DNA of 64,000 nucleotides from Candidatus Saccharimonadales bacterium (lineage in GTDB: Bacteria; Patescibacteriota; Saccharimonadia; Saccharimonadales; 2-12-FULL-41-12). How positions within the stretch are numbered: position 1 is the first letter of the stretch; every line of letters begins with the position of its first letter. Of the stretch, positions 18,555 to 28,109 are shown in pieces. Location of the stretch: positions 8,053 to 72,052 of the forward strand of contig JAYRJB010000008.1 of assembly GCA_041906505.1 (NCBI GenBank), written 5' to 3'. The notes under the pieces were generated by a model, which had not been told where the DNA came from, did not search any database, and saw nothing but the letters and a program-made list of their open reading frames with translations. Position numbers and translations under genes: made by a program.

Positions 18555-19975
18555 GTCACTTGAAAAGTATTTCTCAAATTGCCGAAGACGTTCGAAGTGG
18601 CAAAACCACAGCTGAGCATTTGGTTGATGTCTCGCTGAAAAGAATTGGTGAGGTTGAATCGTATCGACCGATTATTTCGGTTGTGAAGGATCGGGCAAAA
18701 AGCCGGGCAAAAATGATAGATGCGCAAGTCAAAAAGGGTGAAAACCCCGGTAAGCTTGCTGGGGTTCCTTTTGTGGCAAAAGATAATTTTTTAGTATTTG
18801 GTGCAGACACCACAGCTGCCAGCAACATACTTAAGGGTTTTGATGCCCCTTATCAATCAACGGCAATTGAGCTTCTTGAAGCTGAAGGAGCTATTTGTAT
18901 AGCGAAGGCCAACCTTGATGCGTTCGCGCATGGTAGCAGCACCGAGAACAGCGATTTCATGACAACACTCAACCCGCATGACTCTCATAGGGTTGCAGGT
19001 GGCAGTTCGGGCGGGTCAGCGGCCGCAGTTGCCTTGGATATCGTGCCGTTTGCGCTGGGGAGCGACACGGGTGGCTCAATTCGACTACCGGCGAGCTTTT
19101 GTGGTGTTGTAGGCTACAAGCCGACCTACGGGCTCGTGTCGAGAAGTGGTGTGGTCGCAATGGCGAGCAGCACAGATGTTATCGGGCCACTCGCGCGGAA
19201 CGTAGAAGATGTCGCAATTGTGCTTGACTGCATTGCTGGAAAAGACGAACTAGACGGCACAACTATCGAACGGGATGCTCATAGCTATGTTTCTAAGCCA
19301 AAAAATTTAGATGGGCTAAAGGTTGGTATCATCAAGGAGTATTTTGGGGAAGGGCTTGAGCCAGGTGTGAAGAACGCGGTTGAGGCTGCAATCACAAAAA
19401 TCAAAGAGGCAGGGGCGGACATAGAGTATACGAGCCTACCAAGCCTGTCTCTGGCGCTCGCTTGCTACTACGTACTCTGTCCAGCTGAAGTAAGCAGTAA
19501 TCTGAGTCGCTATGACGGACAGCGTTATGGATATTCTGATCCGAACGCCAAGACGCTTGAAGAAAGTTATATAAAAAGCAGGTCAATTGGTTTTGGCGAT
19601 GAGGCGAAGAGAAGAATAATGATCGGCACATACGTACTGAGCAGCGGCTACTATGATGCTTATTACCAGCAGGCTCAACTAGTGCGAACAAAGATTATTA
19701 ACGACTTCAAGACAGCATTTCAAAAATATGACATTTTAGTAGGGCCAACCGCACCCACAGTTCCATTTAAGGTGGGTGAGCACAGCAACGATCCCCTCGA
19801 GATGTATTTGGTGGATATTATGACAGCTGCCGTTAATCTTGCAGGGAATCCTGCTATCTCGATTCCTTGTGCCCGTATTGACGGTTTGCCGGTAGGGCTT
19901 CAAATTATCGGCGCTCAGACAGCCGATCGAGAAGTGTTGTCAGTGGCCAGGTCTGTCGAGGAGATTCTCGTATGA
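18551..19975 (+). CDS. gatA: amidotransferase subunit A (amidase signature family)
   Basis: Amidase signature GGSSGGSAAAVA...GSDTGGSIR.PA.FCG. ATGA overlap with gatC. Confidence 0.95.
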   Translation: MSHLKSISQIAEDVRSGKTTAEHLVDVSLKRIGEVESYRPIISVVKDRAKSRAKMIDAQVKKGENPGKLAGVPFVAKDNFLVFGADTTAASNILKGFDAPYQSTAIELLEAEGAICIAKANLDAFAHGSSTENSDFMTTLNPHDSHRVAGGSSGGSAAAVALDIVPFALGSDTGGSIRLPASFCGVVGYKPTYGLVSRSGVVAMASSTDVIGPLARNVEDVAIVLDCIAGKDELDGTTIERDAHSYVSKPKNLDGLKVGIIKEYFGEGLEPGVKNAVEAAITKIKEAGADIEYTSLPSLSLALACYYVLCPAEVSSNLSRYDGQRYGYSDPNAKTLEESYIKSRSIGFGDEAKRRIMIGTYVLSSGYYDAYYQQAQLVRTKIINDFKTAFQKYDILVGPTAPTVPFKVGEHSNDPLEMYLVDIMTAAVNLAGNPAISIPCARIDGLPVGLQIIGAQTADREVLSVARSVEEILV

Positions 19976-20379
19976 GTTTTGAAGCTATTGTTGCGAGTGC
20001 CGTGGGGGTGCTGGCGGTATGTGCGCTCGGCTTTGTGTTTAACAAAAAAAGACCAAAGCGCGTAAAGATTCGGCACTACTCAAAGCGATGGAAAGACATT
20101 CAAAAACTATGTCCAAGCAAAGAGACGTGGCCTCAAGCAGTCATTGAAGCCGATAATTTGCTGGATGATGTGCTAAAGAAAAGGCGATACAAGGGTAGCT
20201 CAATGGGAGAAAGACTTGTGGAAGCCCAAAAAGTATTCACCGATAACGATAGTGTTTGGTATGCTCACAAGCTCAGAAAAAAAATCGAAGCTGAACCGTC
20301 GATCAAGCTGAAGAAAACCGAAGTCAAGGATGCGCTGTTTGGCATTCGTCAAGGCTTAAAGGATCTTAGGGCACTATGA
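19972..20379 (+). CDS. hypothetical single-pass membrane protein inserted between gatA and gatB
   Basis: 135 aa. N-terminal TM (AIVASAVGVLAVCALGFVF) followed by a basic helical domain. ATGA overlaps at both ends (19972-19975 and 20376-20379). Confidence 0.6.
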   Translation: MSFEAIVASAVGVLAVCALGFVFNKKRPKRVKIRHYSKRWKDIQKLCPSKETWPQAVIEADNLLDDVLKKRRYKGSSMGERLVEAQKVFTDNDSVWYAHKLRKKIEAEPSIKLKKTEVKDALFGIRQGLKDLRAL

Positions 20380-21830
20380 GCGTCAGCTATCTACCGACTA
20401 TTGGAATAGAGTGCCATGTGCAACTAAAAACGAAAACCAAGCTTTTTGTTGCTGTAGGAAATGACGCCTCGAGCGCCGAACCAAACAGCTTAATTAGCCA
20501 TGTGTGTATGGGTATGCCTGGTGCGCTTCCTGTGTTAAACCAGCAGGCAGTGCAGCTGGCAATACGAGCCTCGTACGCACTAAATACACCGCCCCAAAAA
20601 TTCAGCTCTTTTGATCGCAAGCACTACTTTTATCCAGATCTTCCGAAAGGTTACCAAATATCTCAGTTTAATCACCCAATTATTGTTGGGGGGTGTGTCA
20701 ATATTGTTGTTGATGGTACGCGCAAGCGTGTTGGCATCACCAGGGCGCACCTAGAGGAGGATGCGGGAAAAAACACTCATCCACAGGGAAAAAATTACAG
20801 TTTGGTTGATTTAAATCGAGCAGGAACGCCGCTGCTTGAAATTGTGAGCGAGCCGGATATTCAGAGTCCTGCCGAAGCCAAGGCTTACGCGAGGGAATTG
20901 TACCTGCTTATGAAATACGCGGGAGTAAGTGCTGCAGATTTGTTTCAAGGCAATATGCGCTTTGACGTAAACGTGAGTGTAAGTGGCGACCCAAAAAAGC
21001 TCGGAATTAGAACCGAAACCAAAAACCTAAACAGCTTTCGGGCTGTTGAAAAGGCTGTCGAGTACGAAATTAAGCGACAAATAGATCTGCTTGAGGCTGG
21101 AAAATCCGTTCCACAGGAGACGAGAGGGTGGGATGATGCAAAGCAAAAGACTTTTTCGCAGCGCAGCAAAGAAGAGTCTCACGACTATCGATACATGCCC
21201 GATCCAGATATTCCACCCACGGTGCTTGATGACGAACAGCTCACCCACCAGCCAGGCGATTTTCCGCTTATGCCAGACGAGTGGAGGAAAATTCTGCACG
21301 ATCTGGGTCTTGATTCTCATCACACTGAAAGCCTTATTGACTCGGAGGTCGAATTTGAGGAGCTGAGCTTTTTGCCACTGATTCAAGAGAATCTTCAAAA
21401 CCAAGAGCTGGCCAGACAGATTGCAAATTGGACGGTTAACATTATTGTTCCACTATTGAGGGAGCAGCAACTAAAGCTTGCAGGTTCAGCTCACATTGAA
21501 CTAGAAAAGGCCGTGTACGAATTATTAAAGGAAAACAAGTTGAGTTCCACAAATGCTAAAAAGTTATTAACTGAGCTACTCATGGTAGACAACTTGCCTC
21601 CGAGTATCGAAGATTATGCAAAAACAAAAGGACTTATTCAAGTTTCTGATATTGATGAAATTTCGTTAATTGTGGACGAAGTGCTTCAAAATAATGCAGC
21701 TGCGGTCGAAGATGTGAGGCGCGGGGAAGTAAAAGCAATCGGCTTTTTAGTTGGGCAAGTTATGAAGCAGTCTAAAGGAAAAGCCAACCCGTCAATCGTG
21801 CAACAACTCATACGAGAGAGACTTTCGTGA
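20376..21830 (+). CDS. gatB: amidotransferase subunit B
   Basis: IG.E.H.QL.T.TKLF, R.HLEEDAGK, N.N.FRA motifs and a C-terminal YqeY-like domain. Confidence 0.95.
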   Translation: MSVSYLPTIGIECHVQLKTKTKLFVAVGNDASSAEPNSLISHVCMGMPGALPVLNQQAVQLAIRASYALNTPPQKFSSFDRKHYFYPDLPKGYQISQFNHPIIVGGCVNIVVDGTRKRVGITRAHLEEDAGKNTHPQGKNYSLVDLNRAGTPLLEIVSEPDIQSPAEAKAYARELYLLMKYAGVSAADLFQGNMRFDVNVSVSGDPKKLGIRTETKNLNSFRAVEKAVEYEIKRQIDLLEAGKSVPQETRGWDDAKQKTFSQRSKEESHDYRYMPDPDIPPTVLDDEQLTHQPGDFPLMPDEWRKILHDLGLDSHHTESLIDSEVEFEELSFLPLIQENLQNQELARQIANWTVNIIVPLLREQQLKLAGSAHIELEKAVYELLKENKLSSTNAKKLLTELLMVDNLPPSIEDYAKTKGLIQVSDIDEISLIVDEVLQNNAAAVEDVRRGEVKAIGFLVGQVMKQSKGKANPSIVQQLIRERLS

Positions 21831-22720
21831 GTTCTAGAAAAAAAGTTAGAAAAGCAGTAATTGCGGCGGCTGGTTTTGGTACCAGATTTTTACCACAGAC
21901 GAAAGCAATGCCAAAAGAAATGCTTCCTCTCGTTGACAAACCGATCATACAATATATTGTCGAGGAGCTGACCGATGCTGGCATTGAAGATATTGTGATT
22001 GTTACCGGCTACCACAAGCGTTCGATCGAAGACCATTTTGACCACACCAGTGCCGAACTACGCGCAAATCTTCGCAAGGCCGGAAAGTTAAAGCTCCTTG
22101 AAGAGACGCGCAAGATTTCACAACTCGCAAATTTTGCATATATTCGTCAAAAGGGACTATATGGAAACGCCACGCCAGTCCTAAATGCCGAGCACTTGAT
22201 TGGAGATGAGCCATTTATCTATACCTTCGCCGATGACTTTATTGTGTCTGAACCAAGCAGCTTTGCGCAGATGATTGACATATATAATGCTCACGGATCA
22301 TGCGTTTTACCGTGCATAGAAATAACTAAAGAAAAGGACTTTGACCAGTATGGGATTTTGGCGGGCAACGCAATTGGCGAAGGCCTTATACAAATGTCTA
22401 CAATAGTTGAGAAACCAGGAAAATCTCGAGCTCCAAGCAGCCTTGCAAGTGTGAGTGGCTACCTATTAACGCCGGAAATTTTTGAGTATTTAAGGCAGAC
22501 ACAAAACGAGGTAGAAGATGGTCAAGAGTTTACCATACAACCCGCAATGAGAAAGATGATTGATGACGGCCGGGAACTTCTTGCCTATCAGATAGAAAAT
22601 AGCAGATACTACGACACCGGCAATAAACTTGAATATCTGAAGACCGTCGTAGACTTTGCGCTTCGCAACCCGGAAATCAAAGACGACTTCTTTGAATATC
22701 TCAAAAAGGTGGTAAAATAA
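21827..22720 (+). CDS. galU: UTP--glucose-1-phosphate uridylyltransferase
   Basis: KAVIAAAGFGTRFLPQTKAMPKEMLP N-terminal signature. GTGA overlap with gatB. Confidence 0.9.
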   Translation: MSSRKKVRKAVIAAAGFGTRFLPQTKAMPKEMLPLVDKPIIQYIVEELTDAGIEDIVIVTGYHKRSIEDHFDHTSAELRANLRKAGKLKLLEETRKISQLANFAYIRQKGLYGNATPVLNAEHLIGDEPFIYTFADDFIVSEPSSFAQMIDIYNAHGSCVLPCIEITKEKDFDQYGILAGNAIGEGLIQMSTIVEKPGKSRAPSSLASVSGYLLTPEIFEYLRQTQNEVEDGQEFTIQPAMRKMIDDGRELLAYQIENSRYYDTGNKLEYLKTVVDFALRNPEIKDDFFEYLKKVVK

Positions 22721-22727
22721 TACAACT

Positions 22728-22988
22728 ATGGACTCCAGTTGGTACGAAGCTTTAGTTATTATTCTTGGGGCAGCACTCGCGCTATTTTTGATTTTGTTTA
22801 TTGTTTTGACCGTGAAGCTAATCCAAATAGCTAACACCGCCAAACGCATCACGGAACACGCTGAAAAAGTTGCAGATCAAGCTGAGCATGTGAGTGAGTT
22901 TTTTGCCAAAACTGCCACACCGGTTGCGGTGGTAAAACTACTCTCAAATGTGAGCGAAATGCTACAAGGCAAGGAGAAGAAGAAATGA
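22728..22988 (+). CDS. DUF948-like small membrane protein
   Basis: 86 aa. One N-terminal TM followed by a helical region (IQIANTAKRITEHAEKVADQAEHV). Confidence 0.6.
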   Translation: MDSSWYEALVIILGAALALFLILFIVLTVKLIQIANTAKRITEHAEKVADQAEHVSEFFAKTATPVAVVKLLSNVSEMLQGKEKKK

Positions 22989-23392
22989 CAAAAATTAGCA
23001 AAGGCAGAACGATTGCTTTGGGGGCAGTTATTGCCGCCGGAATTGGCTATGTTACGGGCATTCTAACCGCCCCAAAAAGCGGCAAGGAAACGCGGCAAGA
23101 TATTGCGGGCGGAGTTAGTAGCGCAAGAGCCAAGGCCGACAAGCAGTTAAAAAAACTCCACAGCGACCTCGGGGATCTTATTAAGCAAGGGGACGAAAAA
23201 GTAAAGAACGCAAGATCGAAGGTCAGCAAGGAGTATGCAGAGGCCCTTGAACAAGCAAAAATTGCCCGCGGAAAAGCCAAGCTGCTTCTTAGTGCGATTC
23301 ATCATGGGGACGCTGATGATCCCCATCTTCAAGCTGTCATAGATGAAGTTAAGCTTGCAAAACAAAACCTCGGTCGTTTTATCAAGAAGTAA
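22985..23392 (+). CDS. YtxH-domain protein
   Basis: GAVIAAGIGYVTGILTAPKSGKETRQDI YtxH signature plus a coiled C-terminal region. ATGA overlap with the upstream gene. Confidence 0.7.
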   Translation: MTKISKGRTIALGAVIAAGIGYVTGILTAPKSGKETRQDIAGGVSSARAKADKQLKKLHSDLGDLIKQGDEKVKNARSKVSKEYAEALEQAKIARGKAKLLLSAIHHGDADDPHLQAVIDEVKLAKQNLGRFIKK

Positions 23393-23485
23393 TTCCAAGA
23401 AAAGAGTTTCTTTTACGCGCTATAATAAGACGTGTCTAGAGTAGTGCAGTAGTGTAATAGGCTTTTTGGCAGGGAGAGGTTTGTT

Positions 23486-26400
23486 ATTAATAAAAAAGTA
23501 GACAAGAACAAGGTAGCGACTGTTTCTGAATCGTTTCGTTCGAGCGATTACGTTCACCTACATAACCACACGCAGTACAGTTTACTCGACGGCCTTACAA
23601 AAATACCGGCTCTGGTTGATGAGGTGAAAGCCATGGGCATGGATTCGGTTGCAATGACTGATCATGGCACACTGTCTGGTGCGATAGAGTTTTATAAAAC
23701 ATGCAAAGAAAAAGGTGTGAAACCAATAATTGGTATTGAGGCCTATGTCTCTCCTAGGAAGCACACTGACAAAGATCCAGCGTACGATAAGCAGTACTAT
23801 CACTTGATATTGTTGGCAATGAACAACAAAGGCTATCAAAATCTAATGCGGCTTTCTACGATCGCAAATTTGGATGGCTTTTACTACAAGCCCCGGATAG
23901 ATCACGAGCTACTCAAAAAATATAACGAGGGGATTATCGTGTTGTCGGGCTGCATTAACGGCGAGGTTGGGGATGCTCTGAGGCAAGAACAATACGACAA
24001 CGCCAAAAAGATAGCAACGTGGTATAAAGAGGTTTTTGGTGACCGTTACTATATTGAACTTCAAGATCACGGACACGTTGAGCACACGAGCTCTTGGGAT
24101 GAGCAGATAAAGGTCAATCAACAAGCCGCGAGGCTTTCGGCGGAGCTGGACATTCCTCTCGTTGTAACTGGCGATGCGCATTATTTAAAGCATTCAGATC
24201 AAGAGGCGCACGAAATATTGCTCTGTGTTCAAACGGGTTCATTTTTATCCGACGAAAAGCGAATGAGTTTAAAGGATTTTGAGCTTCATGTTGCTGATCC
24301 AAAAGAAGTTATAAGTCGTTGGGGCAGTGAGTATCCGCAGGCGATACGAAACACGCGCAAAATCGCAGATCGTTGCAATGTCGATATTGAACTCGGGAAA
24401 ATACTCATTCCCAAATTTCCGGTTCCGAAAAACCAGACCGAGAAATCACTACTAGAAACACTCGTCTATCAAGGCTTGGCATGGCGCTATGGAAGTACAA
24501 AAAAAGACGCTGCCAAAAAAATGACCATTGACCAAGCCAAAAACACCCTTAGCAAAAATATTCTCGAACGGGCTAAGTATGAGCTCTCGGTCATCAACGA
24601 TATGGGATTTAATGGATATTTTTTGATTATTGCTGACTTTGTTAATTGGGGAAAACTGCAAGGTATTGTTTTCGGTCCAGGGCGAGGAAGTGCTGCTGGT
24701 TCGATTATTTCCTATGCGCTTAATATTACTGAGCTTGACCCCTTGGAATATGATCTGCTCTTTGAGCGGTTTCTGAACCCAGATCGAATCAGTATGCCTG
24801 ATATCGATATTGATATTCAAGACACTCGACGCGACGAGGTTATTCAGTATTGCATCGATAAATACGGCGATGACCGTGTGGCCAATATTGTCACATTTGG
24901 CCGTATGGCTGCTAGGAATGCCGTCCGCGACGTAGCACGTGTTTTGCAAGTTCCTTATTCTGAATCTGATCGAATCGCCAAGATGATTCCACCGCCGATT
25001 CAAGGTCGGCATATTCCTCTTGAAGCGTCGCTCCGAGAGAATAATGAACTGAGAAATGAGTATAAAACAAATGAGCAGGCTCAAGCGGTTTTTGACTTGG
25101 CGGTAAAATTGGAGGGTACAATTCGTAGTCACGGGGTTCATGCTGCAGGCGTCGTAATTGCACCAGGAGAAATTATTCAATACGTGCCTTTGGAAATGGC
25201 TCAAAAAGGTGTGATTGCAACTCAGTATTCAATGGGACCGATAGAAGAACTAGGTCTGCTTAAAATAGATTTTTTGGGCTTGTCAAACCTCACAATAATA
25301 AAAAACGCGATGCGCATTATTCGGAAAGTCTACGGTGTAACGATTAATATAAGTGACATTCCTCTTGACGACAAAAAGACATTTGAGTTGTTTCAAGGGG
25401 GCGACACTACCGGCGTATTTCAGTTTGAGTCGGCGGGAATGAAGCGTTATCTTAAGCAATTAAAACCTACGGTTTTTGATGACCTAATCGCAATGAACGC
25501 ACTGTATAGGCCCGGACCGATGCAATGGATAGGTGACTTCATTGATCGCAAGCATGGCAAGACCAAGATTGACTACTTGCACAAGAAAACTGAGGGCGCA
25601 CTAAAAAACACCTATGGCGTATTGGTGTATCAAGAACAGGTCATGCAAATTGCAAAAGATCTCTGTGGATTCACTGGTGGTCAAGCCGATACGTTGCGTA
25701 AAGGAGTTGCCAAAAAAAGACCCGAGGTTCTGGCGGCACTGAAGAAAGACTTTATTGAAGGTGCACTCAAGAACTCTGATATTAGCCGGTCAAAAATTGA
25801 AGAATTTTGGGTTTCACTTGAAGCCTTCGCTGCCTATTGTTTTCCCAAGTCGCACTCGTCTTGCTACGCGACTATCGCATATCAAACCGCGTATCTGAAG
25901 GCGAACTATCCCGCGGCATTTATGGCAGCCCTCATGACCAGTGATTATGACGATATTGATCGACTCGCTATCGAGATCAATGAGTGTAAGCACATGGGAA
26001 TTACGGTGCTTCCACCAGATGTTCAAGAGTCGTTTTTGGAATTTGCGGTCATTAAAGACAAAGAGGGTAACGACCAGATTCGCTTTGGGATGAGAGCCAT
26101 AAAAAATGTTGGTGCCGGCGCGGTTGAGGAAATTCTAAGAGCTCGAGAGATGGATGGGGGGTTTTCTAGCCTCGAAGATTTCCTATCAAAAACGAGCGTT
26201 CGGGTGGTCAATCGAAAAGCGCTTGAAAGCCTTGCGAAGTCCGGAGCACTTGATGGATTTGGTGATCGGAGTACCCTTGTCCACAATATTGATACGCTCA
26301 TTGCCTATGCGAATCGTGTCCAGAAGGACAGTAACACGGGTCAAACTGACTTGTTCGGTGACCTTGAGGACGATACTCATATTGCGCCAAAACTTGCATT

Positions 26401-27145
26401 GAACGAAGTTTCCGACTCGATTGATAATCGGACTCTGCTCTCTTGGGAAAGAGATTTATTGGGACTATATCTAAGTCAGCACCCATTGCAAGAATTTGAA
26501 ACTATTCTAAGTGAACAGTGCATACCGATTGGCGAAATAAAGTCTGATATGGACGGTAAGACGGTTGAGGTGGGTGGTTCTGTAGTAGAAATTAAAGAAA
26601 TTACCACAAAAAATGGCCAAAAAATGGCCTTCGCGACGTTAGCAGACTTATCAAAAGAAATTGAACTTGTGCTTTTCCCAAACGCGTACCAAAAAACTCT
26701 TGGCATGTGGGAGCGGGATGAGGTTGTGCTGGTCAAAGGCAAGATATCATCAACTGACAAAAACGGTAACACGAATGAAGAGGTTAAAATACTGGTTGAT
26801 GATGCACGGACAATAACAGAAGCCCAAGCCAGGGCCTATGAGCCGGTTGGGAAAAAGCCAAAGGCTCCAAAAGTAGCAATAAAAAAGCCAATAGCCCAAG
26901 ACCGCACCAATACTGATGTCGAGAAAAGACTGTACATACGACTTTTAAACACCGACGATCACGAAAAATTGACACAACTTAAGCGGTTAATTGATGCACG
27001 GGTTGGAGGCACTCCGATTGTGCTAGTAGTTGGTGAGGATAGTGACAAAAAAATAATTAAACTTCCAACCGCGGTTGAGCCGAATGAGTCATTTTTTCTG
27101 CAACTATCAGAAATTTTTGGCGAAGCGTCAGTAAAATATCAATAA
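23486..27145 (+). CDS. dnaE: DNA polymerase III alpha subunit (non-canonical start; see findings)
   Basis: PHP domain (HLHNHTQYSLLDG, TDHG), polymerase core (GPGRGSAAGS, PDIDIDI), HhH region, OB fold. The frame is open from 23453. The first canonical start (GTG 23624) lies after the conserved PHP motif. ATT 23486 follows SD AGGGAGAGG by 6 nt. Confidence 0.85.
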   Translation: MNKKVDKNKVATVSESFRSSDYVHLHNHTQYSLLDGLTKIPALVDEVKAMGMDSVAMTDHGTLSGAIEFYKTCKEKGVKPIIGIEAYVSPRKHTDKDPAYDKQYYHLILLAMNNKGYQNLMRLSTIANLDGFYYKPRIDHELLKKYNEGIIVLSGCINGEVGDALRQEQYDNAKKIATWYKEVFGDRYYIELQDHGHVEHTSSWDEQIKVNQQAARLSAELDIPLVVTGDAHYLKHSDQEAHEILLCVQTGSFLSDEKRMSLKDFELHVADPKEVISRWGSEYPQAIRNTRKIADRCNVDIELGKILIPKFPVPKNQTEKSLLETLVYQGLAWRYGSTKKDAAKKMTIDQAKNTLSKNILERAKYELSVINDMGFNGYFLIIADFVNWGKLQGIVFGPGRGSAAGSIISYALNITELDPLEYDLLFERFLNPDRISMPDIDIDIQDTRRDEVIQYCIDKYGDDRVANIVTFGRMAARNAVRDVARVLQVPYSESDRIAKMIPPPIQGRHIPLEASLRENNELRNEYKTNEQAQAVFDLAVKLEGTIRSHGVHAAGVVIAPGEIIQYVPLEMAQKGVIATQYSMGPIEELGLLKIDFLGLSNLTIIKNAMRIIRKVYGVTINISDIPLDDKKTFELFQGGDTTGVFQFESAGMKRYLKQLKPTVFDDLIAMNALYRPGPMQWIGDFIDRKHGKTKIDYLHKKTEGALKNTYGVLVYQEQVMQIAKDLCGFTGGQADTLRKGVAKKRPEVLAALKKDFIEGALKNSDISRSKIEEFWVSLEAFAAYCFPKSHSSCYATIAYQTAYLKANYPAAFMAALMTSDYDDIDRLAIEINECKHMGITVLPPDVQESFLEFAVIKDKEGNDQIRFGMRAIKNVGAGAVEEILRAREMDGGFSSLEDFLSKTSVRVVNRKALESLAKSGALDGFGDRSTLVHNIDTLIAYANRVQKDSNTGQTDLFGDLEDDTHIAPKLALNEVSDSIDNRTLLSWERDLLGLYLSQHPLQEFETILSEQCIPIGEIKSDMDGKTVEVGGSVVEIKEITTKNGQKMAFATLADLSKEIELVLFPNAYQKTLGMWERDEVVLVKGKISSTDKNGNTNEEVKILVDDARTITEAQARAYEPVGKKPKAPKVAIKKPIAQDRTNTDVEKRLYIRLLNTDDHEKLTQLKRLIDARVGGTPIVLVVGEDSDKKIIKLPTAVEPNESFFLQLSEIFGEASVKYQ

Positions 27146-28077
27146 ATTGTTCCGGCCGTTTGACTCACGATGGCTACAAGTGCAAGCAGTGCAAGTAGTG
27201 TGGCGTCAACTAATGGATGCCGAAGAATAAATTCCTCTTCTCTTCGGAGGCGCTTGTGAAGTCCACGTCCATGTTTTATTAACAAGTAGGCCATGATGAC
27301 ACCAACCAATAAACCAAGTGCAAAGCTACTCCATGGAGCTTGGCCGTTCGTCAGTGTTTGGATGTAACTAATTTTTGTTTCTTCTTTTGGGGGTGTTGAG
27401 GTAATTGGTTTATTGATTGGTATCTCGGCGGGTCTCTTTGCATTTTGAGCGGCGCTTGGAAGCAAGATAGGTTTACCATACATTGCAACTACGATAGTTT
27501 GTGCACCCTTGTCTTGATAGTTTGCGACATTTGCTATCCCAAACCCTACCTCACTGAGTGCTGGATCAAGCACATTTGCCCGGTGACTTGGGCTGTTCAT
27601 CCAACCCACCACCGTTAATTTACTTGTATCAAATCCATATGCGAGGTTTTCTGCCGCTCGATAGTATCCATACCCTGCTTGCTCAATGAAGTACCACGGC
27701 TCTTTACCGTCGGGCGTATTATGCGACCAGTAATTACGTTGCGCCATGTCGTTTGCCTTGGCCTGCGCGGCCTTATCGAGCCGCGAATTTATTGTAAGAA
27801 CAGGAAGATTATTTTCAGTTCTTGATCGATTCGTGGCCTCCAATAGCCCCTCATCGCTAACGTTTGTCGCATAGCTTAAAACAGTCTGATCTTTGCGTTG
27901 CTTGAAATCATTAAAGTTTGATAGAAATAGCCCGAGCCCTACTATTACTAACAAGGGAATATAAGGTGCATATACCTTAAGGAATCGCTTTGTTCGCTTC
28001 TCTTTCTTGTGAGTCGCATGATGGGGTTTTGGTGTTTTTGGTTTTCTGGCCATAGGTACTTTTTCTAAGTAAGCCAC
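27139..28077 (-). CDS. CAP/SCP (YkwD-like) domain protein with N- and C-terminal membrane helices
   Basis: CAP-domain core N..R....L..L.....L...A...A.DM......SH..P.G......I...GY.....AEN.A.G......VV.GWM.SP.H..N.L. Basic N-terminus plus TM, and 2 C-terminal TMs. GTG start at 28077 (alternative ATG 28053). 7-bp convergent overlap with dnaE. Confidence 0.75.
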   Translation of the reverse strand: MAYLEKVPMARKPKTPKPHHATHKKEKRTKRFLKVYAPYIPLLVIVGLGLFLSNFNDFKQRKDQTVLSYATNVSDEGLLEATNRSRTENNLPVLTINSRLDKAAQAKANDMAQRNYWSHNTPDGKEPWYFIEQAGYGYYRAAENLAYGFDTSKLTVVGWMNSPSHRANVLDPALSEVGFGIANVANYQDKGAQTIVVAMYGKPILLPSAAQNAKRPAEIPINKPITSTPPKEETKISYIQTLTNGQAPWSSFALGLLVGVIMAYLLIKHGRGLHKRLRREEEFILRHPLVDATLLALLALVAIVSQTAGTIY

Positions 28078-28109
28078 TTATTTATGGAGAAATATTACCA
28101 CAAAATGAA

